Positions 40,901 to 53,919 of a DNA stretch of 64,000 nucleotides are shown here, one piece after another. The notes beneath the pieces are model-generated. The model was not told the origin of the DNA. It did not search any database and saw only the letters and a list, made by a program, of their open reading frames with translations. The first letter of the stretch is position 1. Every line of letters begins with the position of its first letter. The translations under genes and the position numbers were made by a program. The stretch covers positions 4,965,244-5,029,243 of the forward strand of contig CM082597.2 of assembly GCA_040954595.2 (NCBI GenBank), read 5' to 3'. Source of the stretch: Balanoglossus misakiensis (lineage: Eukaryota > Animalia > Hemichordata).

Positions 40901-43900
40901 ATGCTTCCGCTATTCGGTGACGAGAAGCGAGTGTGAAGGAAGCCCCAGCCACAGCAAAAGTCTCATGGCGGACTTGCCTAATTAATGTATATAGATGTAT
41001 CTCCAGCCACAGCAAAAGTCTAATGGCGGACTTGCCTGATTAATTTATACATGTACATGTATATACATGTACCTAATTTATTTACCATCGACCGCAATGT
41101 CTAGATTTACAACACAAATCTTCACCCCTTAAAAACAACATTGGTTCCAGCTGCATTGAAATTCTGTGCGAGCGCAGACCAAATAGTCGAGTTTCAATGA
41201 CCTATAAAAATCGCTCGCCAGTGTTTTGTGTCGTTACATGCCGTGCATTCCATGGCTACCTGTCCGCCAATGCCCCGGAGACGGGACCTTTCACACTACC
41301 CACGTGGTCCCTGCCTCTGTTTGATCGCAAAGACAAGAGAGCAGCGTCATGGGACTTTGAAATGCACTGCATATTCTCATAGGAAATGGTGGTGCATTTA
41401 TTTTCAATTAATTTGCTTGCAAATGGCGCGACACGACAGCTCGATTTTGCGGTGATGATTGCTGAAAATCCAACGACTGATATGCAGTGTATAGGGTCGG
41501 GGTGTTCTAGAAAATGTATATCCTCATTCAATTCTACAATGAAAATGGATGAAGCTGCACAAAACCAATGTATACTGATCATTGATTTTTTTATCAGTCC
41601 AGTTGATAATAAACAGTGATTGTATAAATTGTAGCCAGTTTAGTTGATAGGAAACAAAGTGATAGCATACATTGTTGCCAGTCTCAGTTGAAAAGAAACA
41701 GTTATTATATAAATTGTTGCCAGTTTAGTTGATAGGAAACAAAGTGATAGTATACATTGTTGCCAGTCTCAGTTGAAAAGAAACAGTGATTGTATAAATT
41801 GTAGCCAGTTTAGTTGATGGGAAACACAGTGATAGTATACATTGTTGCCAGTCTCAGTTGAAAAGAAACAGTTTTGTATAAATTGTTGCAAGTCTAACAA
41901 AGACGTGTGTACACCAGGGAAGAAATTGGGACGAGTTTTGTTTTGTTAAGGGGGATACATATTTATCACTAAAGCATTCATTGCGGTCTAGACCCCAGGT
42001 AGTTTTTCATTTTCACCTACAATGTATTGTTTCTGCGACGCTATTGTTCTTTTCAGTTCATGACATAGTTTGCATACAATGTACTTTGTATTTCTAACAT
42101 CTGTTGGATCTGCGAGACAATGAAAAAGGTCCCCAGTGTACATGCCGGCTGTTCGTAAGTAATGAAAGTGCATCACTCATGGACGCAGCCACTCGTCATG
42201 TCTGTGGAGCCTCTGAATAAATCATCTGTAAACCGCTTGCGATGCAGTTGATACATGGGACAGCTGAGACCTATACACGTTAGGGTTAGGGATTTAGAAT
42301 GCAATTTTCGCGCTGAATTGCGCTAACAGTGATGGAATGGAGAGGGTTAAGTGCGTATGAATACGGGTGGGTTGTGGAAGGTATAATGACACTTTAACCC
42401 TATTGCTACCGGGTGTCATAACCCGTTAGAGTCTCAAGTCCATATAGATACGTATCATCACTGGAATACGTATTTAGACAGTGTTGGTTTCTTTGATTAG
42501 CTGCCATGTGTGTATTTAGACAGGGTCGTTTGCCTCAATCTAGCTGTATCCACTGTTTATGATCATCTTGGCCTGATCAAATTACCCAGCAGAGGCGGTT
42601 TAGTATGTACTCAGCTGTTCAAATATTTGACATTACACAGTCTGATACCAATTCATTTCTCCACAGTCAAGTATGCCCGGGATTCTAGGGGGGTAGGAAA
42701 ATAACTACGTTTCCTACTGACTTGGCACTGTTAGGGTTAAACGTCGCTCGTAAAGATGATAAAATAGGTATCGCAGGACCACTCTCATAAATAGTGTTTT
42801 AGGTCTGTCTAATGTTGTCTGTCTGTCCTTCCGTCAGAGGCTGTCTTTCTGTCTGTATTTCTGCTTTCGTGCCTGTCTGCATATGCGTACTTATGAATTT
42901 ATGGGTGAATGCAAATAGCCAGAAAAGCCCCAAGGCATTCATACAGACGTAAAGACTAATGACACCACTATCATTATCAGTAGTTAAATACTGGTTTTAT
43001 GATCAGTTCACAAACCCAACTGCCAATGGATGTCTCAAATTGACAATCACAGCAATTACACAGTATCCACGTCAAATGGCGAATAAATGCGTCGAGATAA
43101 GATTTACACATTTTAAACTGATAATCTTAAGCCAAAACTGCCATTTTCAACGCATTCATTGGTGACAATGCGGAAGTTGCAGTCATACGTGTGATACTAG
43201 GATGACCTGACTAGCTCTAATTGATGGCGATGAATCACTGCCCTAGTAAATCGACCTTTTTTTCAAATTGCCCAAGCTTTTATACGATTTTAAGTCGAGA
43301 TATTAGTATGTCGAGTGTTTTATCATATGTCAAGAGGTAAGCAATTCTCCAACGAGCAAACTCACGCGATGCAATGTATTTAAGTAAATATTCCAATGTG
43401 AACACGAAATGAAACAAGTAATATTATTTGAAATGACAACCCTCATTCGACTTCATGGATCGATTTTTACATTTACTGCAAAAATGTTCATTTTTTAACT
43501 GTTCTCAAACGCGACCCATGTGTAAATTTCGGGAAATATTATATGACATTGTTTACAGTGCAAGGCTAAACAATGTATATATTTGGGTCGGTTCAGCCCT
43601 ACATCTACAGACCATCATTCATAGTCATACACCATAAAGTATATGCCCCCACGGTCAATGATGTATAAACACTTTCGATGTCACTGCGCGACACGACTGC
43701 GTTGTATAATGGAGTCTCAGTCACACCTGCTCTTGCATACTTCTAAAGAACGACCTAGTCGACCTGTAGCCCCGGTTCTTTGTGTACGCTGCTGCGTGAG
43801 TGTGTTTTTGCAAGAATCCCTGGTCAGTGTCGGTATTGGAAATGTTTAGCTGTGTGATTACACACGCCTAGGTTAATTACAGGGGATGTACGTTGTGGCC

Positions 43901-46242
43901 TGCATGGCTGCTTGACTGTGCAACTACACAAAATGTGGCGAGTCGTGTGTTAATTCTGATCCAAGATGGTTGCCTCACTGAGAAGTTGAAGCCATTCGCT
44001 GACAAAAACAGAGAACAGGACACGTGCTACCAAGCCAGGATAGTCGTTATCGGTTCAGACAATTGCGTCCATCATGCTGGTAGACGTAATTAGTCTACTC
44101 ACTAACAACTAATTAGCGTACCCTCACAAGTCCACATTTAAATGTTCTTAGCCGTACAAAGCCTTAAAATAAATACTTCATTGATCACACCACAGCATAA
44201 ACACACACCCCACGGGTACAGTGTCTGAGTTACTGTTCGTATGTAAATGAACGTCTATACGTAAACCTAACTAAAAGATTACCATGTAAACTTACATTTG
44301 GCGACTAAATTTAATTTGGAATTAATTGACAAGCATTTTTTTATAACTCTTGCATTAGTTTTTTGCGTATAGGGGATGGTGACCATTACTTAGAATTCAG
44401 TCCAACAGAGGATAAAAGTGGATCTCTCAAGTACCGTATCAGCCACACCCCTGCCAACTGAATTACACGTATTTCGATTGAAAATTAAATCTTCAGAAAC
44501 AACTTGCTTAGATTTTTTTTACGTTTGTGGGAAAAGCCAATTTAGTGCGGGCCCACCAATAGCTCAAAAGATAGCCTACAATTTATGTTATAATTGAATA
44601 CTGATATGTATATCTTGCAGCCTGATATAATGTAATTTGATTTATTCGGATTACCGTAGGTTAACATTGACATTCTCTCAAGTGACTTGCATTATACAAG
44701 CTGTGTGTTGTCTATAGACCCCCGCGTGGAGTTATACCGCGTGGTCGTTTGTTTTTGTCCACTTTGCAATTATACTATGAATGGTCAACTTTGGCGGGCG
44801 GCTGGACGTCCGTGTCACGTTAATTTACATAACAATAGCAAACAGAGATGACTATCGAACAAATGACGTCACGGTGTCCGAAGAATGTCTTGACCATGTA
44901 ATACAACGCCACCAACAACGAAATATTACCCTGCATTAATTCACTGCCTTTCGGACTTCTGTATCTTGTCTACGGTCAGAATTGTCAGAATTCTGAATAG
45001 AGAGTTTTTGAATATGCACGATGACCATAATTGCTCAGTCAGAGTACTGTCAAGGTCACGCCTGCTTGACACCATAATGTGACATGACGACACAGTCAGT
45101 ATTACTCATCGCCAAAGTGAAAGACATGCCGACCACCTACGTTTGCATTGAAGCATTTGTCTGTGTGTACACAGCGATAAAAATTCTACATTTTCTCTCA
45201 AAGGGACATGTACATGTACAGTGCGAGAAGCCCGAGCGTCACTTGTCAGTCAATGTCAACCTTGGTCAGAATTACTTTTACCAGAAACCCGTCGTCTCCA
45301 TAGTATCAGTCTCTGAAATAGCCGAACGTCCCTTGTTAAAATTCAGTGTTGCCACAACAACGGTGCCATCGTGACTGCCCGTATTACATGTATATTAACA
45401 AGATTTTCAAGAATCTCCTTTAACTGACATACGGGAGTTATCATTGATGGTATTTGCATATGCAGTAACTACTATAGGGGTTTCACTTTTATTCTACTCC
45501 GTATTTTGGCGAACAGAAAATAAAAATAAAAATTACAGTTTTTTTCTAGATCTGACCATAGTCTCTCTATATTAGAATAGACGGACTGTGATGTGACCTT
45601 AGGAAAATATAGAAAGTCGCACTCACTATATTTAATAAAAGGGTAGCGAACTCACGCAATTGAATTTTCTAACACGATACACGAGGGACTACGGTCATTC
45701 TATCGTCTGCTCTTATTTTTCAGGAAATGTCGCCATTATGACTGCAGATAAAACCCATTGCTGAATTTCTATAATCGGGCGTGGCATTGTTTATCTGAAC
45801 GGAACGATCGGATGCGTCAATTTGACAGTTGACAAATGGACAGTCATTGACAAATAAAAAAGCCTCGCTTATTCATGTTGTCTGCGCATAGACACATATG
45901 CATATGGCGTTCTTAAATTTATATCGGTGAATGCGCAGGGCATACCTCCCTATTAAGTTTAATGGGCACCCCGAAAACAATAATAGTCCACGCTGTACAA
46001 CAAATGGGGTAGTATCACCGATAACATTTTACTGTGTAACACGGGCGAATGAATGGATCGGGCCCGAACGTCTACGCGACTCTCGTTTTCTATCAAGGCT
46101 CGCAGACCACTCTCATTTTTCACAGCCAGGGTAACACTACACCTGTGATCACACACAAATCGTTCACAGCCGTCGCGCGCTCGAATACAACTATGTGGCA
46201 CTTACCTGAGCAGAGAACCAGAAGCGACCAGATAGTAGCCAT
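28964..46242 (-). CDS. XPNPEP2: Membrane-type Xaa-Pro aminopeptidase (XPNPEP2-like, M24B) with signal peptide and GPI-type tail, 22 exons, 691 aa
   Basis: Exons: 46206-46242 ([12 protein letters not shown]), 39263-39315, 38975-39088 (DAHQ), 38618-38681 (SEY..ISGFTG), 38258-38362, 37858-37947, 37434-37580, 37100-37195, 36866-36947 ([19 protein letters not shown]), 36268-36475, 35818-35901, 35434-35484, 35138-35205, 34749-34826, 33523-33594 (DSGAQY), 32062-32122 (DGVSD), 31625-31694, 31007-31108 (TGHG..VHE), 30285-30368, 29679-29755 (EPAYY..GVRLE), 29414-29515, 28964-29194 (WLNEYN; hydrophobic tail). All GT-AG, summing to 2076 nt in frame. Confidence 0.92.
31190..31462 (+). mobile_element. Dispersed repeat (MITE-like); second copy at 48586-48790
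   Basis: About 200 bp of clear similarity (aaatttgagacacta.ttgcctatggtaaacacagagcattaatcct...gacaatgggttgcggagaggtgttaat). Confidence 0.75.
32260..32441. mobile_element. Tc1/mariner-pogo (Tigger-like) MITE with TA TSD
   Basis: TA|CAGCCAAACCTGTG...CACAGGTTTGACTG|TA, with internal ~17-bp aggtggtcactatatag repeats. Confidence 0.8.
36455..36628. repeat. 93-bp tandem duplication covering the XPNPEP2 exon-10 acceptor
   Basis: ctggactggtccaggtaaagactagaatggggtgggaagaccaa at 36455 and 36548. Confidence 0.9.
36650..36815. repeat. CT/GA-rich low-complexity tract
   Basis: Polypyrimidine microsatellite; source of the spurious ERER ORF 36597..36824. Confidence 0.9.
40945..41060. repeat. 58-bp tandem duplication
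   Basis: ccagccacagcaaaagtct.atggcggacttgcct at 40945 and 41003. Confidence 0.85.
41611..41895. repeat. Minisatellite with an 85-bp higher-order unit (alternating 41- and 44-bp subunits)
   Basis: aaacagtgattgtataaattgtagccagtttagttgatagg alternates with aaacaaagtgatag.atacattgttgccagtctcagttgaaaag. Confidence 0.9.
42398..42736. mobile_element. Possible old piggyBac-type MITE
   Basis: TTAA|CCCTA...TAGGG|TTAA; TIR match beyond 5 bp is weak. Confidence 0.4.
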
Positions 46243-47269
46243 GTTTCGGTCAGACGACATTTGTTCGACTATAATGGCCGCCACTAAACTCGCTTTCAAG
46301 GCTGTTGAACGACACAATAGGCTGTGTTTGATATGCGCGGCGAGACTTCGCTTGGAAGTATATGCTAATGAGGTAAAAAGGGCGGACCATACCCGTTGTC
46401 CTAAATTGAATTGAAAAAAGGCGCCAAAACGTAAGGAAGGGACGACAGGGAGCATTAACGCAACGAAAAATAAGACCGCCTTTCTTCAAGTTGAACTTTA
46501 GGTTAAACCTCCCTGTTGGGAGACGAAGGGATTAGACTACTATCAACTGCCAAATTTACATCAAATCCCACACTTTTCAGAACCGGAAGTTTTTTTATCA
46601 CTATTATGCAATCCCTTGACACAAAATACTTCTAAACATTGTCTAACCCTCCATTGACTTTTGCCATTGATTGATTAGCAAAGCTGACATTACCACACAC
46701 ACAAACACAAGCATGGAAAAAAGAAGATTATCGCATCGGAGGGCTTTGGTTGTATTTTATTTTTCGTGAAAGAGTGAGCGTTTAATATCCAATGTGGCGT
46801 TACATGAGTCGTCGCCTGTTTGTTGCAGAGAGTCACAGTTGCTGGTGGTCTAAACATCCCTTACAATTTAGAACGTTGGCAGCCGATCGAGGGTCAGTAG
46901 AAAAATTGTGTGGAGGGGGGGGGGTAAACTATATTACATGTAGTCGAATAATATAATTATACTTAGAGATAAGACATATATACTAATATACAGTTTGATC
47001 CATTTAATAATAATTATTAGTAAATGAACATGTTCAAACATTTTCACATTTTCTGATCTCAAACTTATCATCCAGTCTGAGAGGCTTTCTGTAATAAATT
47101 ATTACAAAGCGGTAAAACGTTTCACAGGAGGCTCATAAGCGGTTCATATGACTTTCAGTTGCCTTCTTTTCCCGCCAATTTCAACTTCCTGCGCAGACGC
47201 CAATAAATAGTTATGAAATTGAAATGATCCAAAATTATGTAAATTGTGACATGTCACATGGCCGTTTTC

Positions 47270-49426
47270 TCACAAGTGGATAAATATGTAGTCTGCCGCC
47301 AAAGTTAAAAGGATGTTGAATATCTGGCTTTCCGGTTTCCATTCCGCAATCCCTCCGCCGTTGCACAGGTTAGCGGTGCAGCACGCCACCTCGTGTTCCA
47401 TACCTGAAATACAAAGAAAGAAATCCCGCGGAGGGAGACTGCGTTATTTCAAATCGCCCACCGATGGTGTTGAGTAAATCGTGTGGTGATTGGCTGAAAT
47501 TAGTACTGGAAATTAATGACTACACAATTCTTGTTAGCAAGGCATTTAATAATGTGCCATTGTTCAAAGTTACCCATAAAGAAACATCACTCGTTTATTT
47601 TCTTTATCTTCGATTCGCATCATTCAGTCAGGCAGTCGAAACAGCAAGATATATTCTGATCGTACGGTGTTGTAACGGCTTCTAGCAGTGATAGAAAACA
47701 AAAGGGGCTTCTTTATCTGTCGTACAGGGCGTATTATAAGCCAGCAGTACCCACCATTGATTCCTGTGTCGTCTGTTCTACTCTGGGGGACACACATGAA
47801 ATCATGAATACATGATCGACTGACCACCGTTAGGTTTCCTTTGTAATAGGTCCTTGCATACTGAAAATGGAGAAAGAGACGATAGTACGAGTCGCTGGTT
47901 CAAAATGGCGGTCAATCGATTCGTTTGTTGTGCGGGCAACTGCAACTCTCCGGAAAATCAAAGGAATCTCACTGACTTAATTTTGTAGAGAAATACACCA
48001 TATTCATCATTACTGTTATTGTGTTTGATCACACTAAATTATTCTGTTCACCAAGACATCGGAAAATGTTATAATCACCGACTCACATCTTTGGTATTAT
48101 TCCCTAGAGTATATTGTCTTGCCCATAACAATGTTACCGTGGGTACATTTCTGTACCCATAATGGTATCAAAAATTATCATCAAATTTACTATATGACTG
48201 TGTGTATAATACTGTTATAGTTCACGGGTATATTCCGTATATTTTTATACATGTATACATAATCCTATGGGGTGCATTGCTACATACATTGTAATATTCC
48301 CATAGGGTACATGTTTACAGTACACGTTACATTATATTACCGTACTTTGCAGACTTTTCCACTCTCGCATTTAGTGTTCCGTCTTGTTGTCGATGTGTTA
48401 ACTTCCACACAGTTTATGTCGTTGTACACGCCAAACACGTCCCAGTCGCAGGAGTAGCATTCCATACTAGCCACAAGAATCGTTCCTATTGGAGATACAA
48501 GGCGCAGTGAGTCACAGTGTATGAAGATGTAGCCACGCAAGTGTGTTCTGTAGACGGGCGAATACTTGTATGTACGAACCGGATATACCAGGTTCACACG
48601 GGGTAAAATTTGAGACACTACTTGCCTATGGTAAACACAGAGCATTAATCCTTTGAGTCGCTTGGGTCCACACACACAGTATAGGCGCTGAGGCTCAGGT
48701 CCCAGACAATGGGTTGCGGAGAGGTGTTAATTATGACAACAGCTCAAGTCTGGCTGGGAAAGCCATCTCAAATCTGAGACATTTCAGGACCACTTACCAC
48801 AGAATTCAAAATACCAGCAACAAACGCCAAACTAGCAACACCGTATTTCTTTCATGCCAGCAAAGCCTATCTCTAAAATTGTAACAACGTCACAATTTAG
48901 TAGACAAAGAGGCGCCCCCATCCCAATTGCGCAGTTGAAGTACGTGCGTGTTGAGAGAGACGTGTCGACTCGAACTCGGACGACGAGAGTTGTTTAGTGT
49001 GTCGAACGCTGCTCTACGAAGCTCGTAGTTACTAGTACCTTCTGAACCGTCTCAGATCAAATACTGGCGTAAATTATTATGTGTGAACGTCTTAATAGTC
49101 CCTGTGGGACTCCCATAACCGAATGTCCCCCTAAAAATTGTTTTGTGGGTTTTCTTCCGGCGCGCCGTCAGGAACATTTCCTGATGCGAAGCACCTATAT
49201 GCGTTGATCAATTTGTGTTACAACTAAATACTACATCTGCAGTAAAACACTGGCCGACATTTCCCTCGAGAAGAGATAAGTCCCTTAGGCTTCTTCTTTC
49301 CGGTTAGTAGGAAATTGCTGTATTTGCAGCAATAAGGTTTTTGGCGCGGGCATACATGCAGGCTTGCGCGCGACACTCACCTTGTAGAATGACGACTGCT
49401 GCAAGGACGAACCAAACGTGTCCCAT
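47270..49426 (-). CDS. Ly6/uPAR three-finger protein 1 (one LU domain, signal peptide, probable GPI tail)
   Basis: Exons 49381-49426 (MGHVWFVLAAVVILQ), 48346-48485 (MECYSC...), 47755-47860 (SRSC), 47270-47403 (CCTANLCN). Ten LU cysteines; intron phases 1-0-1. Confidence 0.88.
48586..48790 (+). mobile_element. Dispersed repeat, copy of 31190-31462
   Basis: Direct sequence similarity to 31190-31390. Confidence 0.75.
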
Positions 49427-49531
49427 CGTTCACTGTGGTAAAAACAAAAAGTAAGTTAGAGATTTAATTTCACGTGAAATACTGGTCATGTTTTGTGAGG
49501 GTCTGGCTCGGATGATTTTATGCTGGCCATG

Positions 49532-49562
<31 letters not shown>

Positions 49563-52182
49563 GAAGAAACAGATGTTAAACTATGCAAAATAATATACTG
49601 CCATTATGGTAAATAGTGACGTCATCTCCTTAGCGCGCATTAGTTTGATATGTGCAGTTTGAATAGTCGATCCATCAACTGGAATCTTTAATGCTACACT
49701 GTAAAGCTTCGCACGAGCGAGGATTTTACTGAAAATTGAAAGGATATCGTCTCGCGTCTCTACTCCGACGTATTTTTTTTGCTCAGAGACAGTCAGTGCC
49801 GATGTCGACACAATCGCCACCATCGCACTTGCGCGCCGCCGGCATTCTGCGGTGTTCTTTGTCATTCCGCCGCGAAGAGACAAATTATCTTTATTTTTTA
49901 AAAGATGGACACTTCAAGGGGTTTTGTCACCCAAATCCCATGGGTGTCGTCGGCGCGGGAAACCACGTCGTTTTATAGATCTAGAAATGGCAACAGTGTA
50001 AGTGTTATATAGCCGTTCAGGCATAGGCTGCAACTTTTGATATTTTCAGGATTTCTATACTGTACATTCAACATAGTCTATGTTGATCTATTCCCCATAT
50101 GGTAGCTATTCTGCTCAGCATGCACATCCTACATACATACTTAGTCTAGTATAACCACCGATTTTATTGTTGCCAGTTGAATTTTGATCCGGACTAAATT
50201 TAAATTTAATATGAACAATAATGTCAACAATAAAATTTCCACATATGCCGCCTTCCTTAAAGTTGAACTGCTGGTGTGGTTTTTTTAATTTTGTGGCTCA
50301 CGAATTGTAACTGTAAACATGGCTGTACTGAAAGTACGTGTACATACATGTTGTAACCGGCCCAAGCCACGAGAGGCTACTTTATTATCAGTTTCTATGT
50401 GGTATTTACACCTTTCGATCTAACCATACACGCAAAACTGTCTGTCTACTGCACTGGACAAATGTCAATGTGCCCCTAAATATCGATTTTTCTCCATCAC
50501 TGCGCCTCGACTGACAATAAACCTGCACACACAGGACAAAATGCAAAGTTCAACCATAGACCCCATGGTTCAACAACAACAACAACGCCGTACAATCAAT
50601 TGTCTTTTGGATAGCAATTGCGAAACGTACTCATTCGCGAGACGTGTTTTCTTCAATGCTGAACTCAGCCCCTAAACGCAAACTGTGTACACGAGAGAAA
50701 GCTTCCATAACCCAAGAGCTGTATCGCCCAAGCCGCATTTACCATGGCAGTCGGCAAATCAACAAAAGTTGGCAGAAACAGTAGGCAAAGAGAAAAGAGA
50801 AACCTATAGTTTCCTTTGCTTTTGCACAACACGGACAGTTGTTTCACGTGATGCGATGATACACATGTACGCTGTGCTGTGACAAGTTGAAATCAACTGC
50901 TGAGTACTTAGTATGTCGTTCTGTTCGCAGGGAGGGTTCCTATCAAAATACTAAGTGCATACCAATACGTTATACCCACCTTAATTAAACAGTACTAGCT
51001 CAACTGAAACCCGGGGTACATCGGCGAAGGAGAGAGAAAACTTGTAAGACCGGTCGCATGATAATATTCTGCGTTAGTGAAGACGTTCGCGTTATTGTCG
51101 TCTGCTTGTCTGTCTTGTCATAGACAAACACCTGTTTGGGGTCGCATTCATTCACATAGGACTCGCTATTGTTATGTAAAATGTTGTAAGCCATAGAGGC
51201 GTCGATATGTAAATTAGATAATGTCGTTTTCTTGAAGGGGCTCTGTACATTCACCAGCGTTTGTAACAAGCGTTGTGATTGGTTGCGTGTGATAACCCCG
51301 TTTTCTAATTAACCTGTAAGGAGTTGTGTTTTAACCTCAACCATTTTTTCACGAGAAGACTTCAATACTTGATGGATAGCTAGTTTTGGCTAAGTGGAGC
51401 ACTGTTCCTCGGGGTTAGCTCGAAAAAATATTGAGCAACACAATCACATATAGGCTTACATATAAATGTTTATTTCAGTAGAATTAGATACATCTCTTCT
51501 GTTAACTGAAAACAGTTATTTTTGTTTGTCCTGTAATAAATTTATTCTCACCGCCCATATTAGTTCCAAGTAATTATCCGAAATCCTTGAAATACACATT
51601 TTCAGATAGAAAAGTCTTTAAACCAAGAAATTGAAGGCTGTTTCAGTTTCGGTAGGTATTTTCGTACATACAATATCCAACTATGTAGGAGGGTGAAAAC
51701 ATCTTTTTTTATGTTATTTTGTTCTTTAATGGTTGTGGTTTATATTAATTTTCTCTGATTTATTATCGATTTGAAACCGACATTAATGATATTCCTAAAA
51801 CAGGCCACACGCAGTATTTTAAAGAAGTATAAAAATATGTACACGCATCAGAATGCAAAAATATACATATAACCAAAGTTAATAAAATTGCAAGTCGGCG
51901 CCCACCTTTAAAATAGAAACATTGAATGTGGTTGGACATTTTTCAGCCAAATTGTAAAACATAAACCCATCATTTTTGAAAAGTCTGCGCTCAAGTTCAA
52001 TGTGTCAGCTACCTGTCAACCTGAGGCAAGAAACCATGTAACATATTTGGACCTTCTAATATGTAGGTAGAACACTACACTGTAGTATACACTAAGCAAA
52101 AAAATGCAGCTGGTGCAACTAGCATTCCTTGAAAAATAACTGAAACTACATATTTCTCATCAAAAGCAAGCAGCACTCTAGC

Positions 52183-53919
52183 TTAGAATGAGACCAGATA
52201 GGCGAGCATTGTTGTCATGGTGATGGCTGTCATGGACACGGCAACGCTGACTGCGCCATCCTGTGCATTGCAGAGATTGTAACTGTTACAGCATTGCGTC
52301 ATTTCTCCTGAAGAAGAAAAATATGGGGGAAAATAAACAGTTAATAAAAAAATATACAACTCGCAACAGCTGGTGGTGCCAGCTACTTAAAAGTGTCTAT
52401 GTCATCGCCTTAATTACAAAAAAAAACTTTTCATTAGGAACATTTTCCAACATGGGCTACTGGGTAAGTTCAAATGCACATATTGGTATTATAATCTGCA
52501 CAAAACAAAAGAAATATTGCCTGTCGACTTAGAATAAAAATTGCTACATTGGGACTTTAAAATGTATTTGAAGATGATACTCAGTGTCTCGGGTGAGCAC
52601 TTACCAGTTCCAAGGTAGATGTTTTTGTTCTCAAAACAGGAATTGGAACAGCGTCGAACCACGGTGGCCGGAGAGTATAAGGCGTAGGTCACCGTCAGCT
52701 GTTTAAAATAATTACAACAAAATGTTAAGCATTCGTAGCTTCAGGGTTTTCTGCCAGATCTACGCCATTGCTCAACAAATTCAAGTGATATGTGTAGTTT
52801 TGTCAGTCACACTGGTCTGGCAGACGGGTGCTCCAGTTACTGTCGATCAAAAGAACCCTCTCTTGAGGGCGCTGTCCACCGTCGTCGGACCCCATGACCA
52901 AGTGCGATTCAATGATCGGTTTATACCGAAGGCAAATTCTGAATAAACCACCACCAATCCGATTTTGCATTTCGAGAAGGGCTGTCGTCTGTTGCTACTT
53001 GGTGGTTTTCTCACTGGGCGGCACTCGCCAAGTATTTCGGTACACTGGGAAATTTGCAGCATGTGTTGAATACGCACCTCACACTCGTCATCTGCGCCGT
53101 CGCACACTGCCGTCGCAGTCTCCTCGGGTACGATGCTGACGCAATTTTCGTCACTTCCGGTGATACCAGCCACATCCCAGGCACACGAGTAACAGGTCAG
53201 GGCCAGGCTACCTGATCACGTGACACACGCACGAAAATGACATCAATTAATTAAATTAGTTCATGTTATGTCTATGTTTATTCACAGCAGGTTTATTTGA
53301 CGACTGCGTGTGCTTAGCTAACGTAGGGCAAGGGTTATCGCTGTGGGTTGTTTTTTTATCAAAAAGCCTGACTCATCCAGGAAAGTTAATTATTAGTTGA
53401 TAGTCCGAACAACAACTAAGCGTACACATAAACAGGATTAAAAAAAAATTCTAATCTCTGGTTCCTGTTTTGACGGCATAAAGCAGAAGTTACATATTAT
53501 ACAGAATGTTTTCAGAATTTTGCCCTTTTGATCACGTGACCCTTTTACAGGCGGGCTTAGCTACACCATAGCTTGGGTACATTGATATTAATGCACGTAT
53601 TGACTGTAAATTTTAGTCCGTACTACAATTCCATTGTCAACAATAACAATGATGTTTATGCATGGGTGTGTATTGACTGTGATGACAAGCTGAATACTTG
53701 GCATATCGACATGATTATAGGGAGAAGAACAAGAAACTGTAGGTGACACACAGAACACAGAAACTGAAAATATTATCACAACTTGCAGTTACTGTGCCTT
53801 TAAGTGTTGACTGACGGCAACCGGTGGATAACAAACACCCAAGGCCACTCACCTGAAATGAAAGCAAGGAGGAGCAGAAGAAGAACCGACCACTTTTGAA
53901 GTCCACCCATTCTGGCCAT
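52183..53919 (-). CDS. Ly6/uPAR three-finger protein 2 (one LU domain, signal peptide, GPI signal)
   Basis: Exons 53853-53919 (MARMGGLQKWSVLLLLLLAFIS), 53078-53211 (LTCYSC...), 52605-52698 (RRCSNSC), 52183-52307 (CCNSYNLCN plus hydrophobic tail). Ten cysteines. Confidence 0.9.

Noticed and set aside
45931-46489. Stack of overlapping ORFs and a U1-like acttacctg
   Set aside because: Explained by the XPNPEP2 first exon and promoter; acttacctg is the reverse complement of its splice donor.
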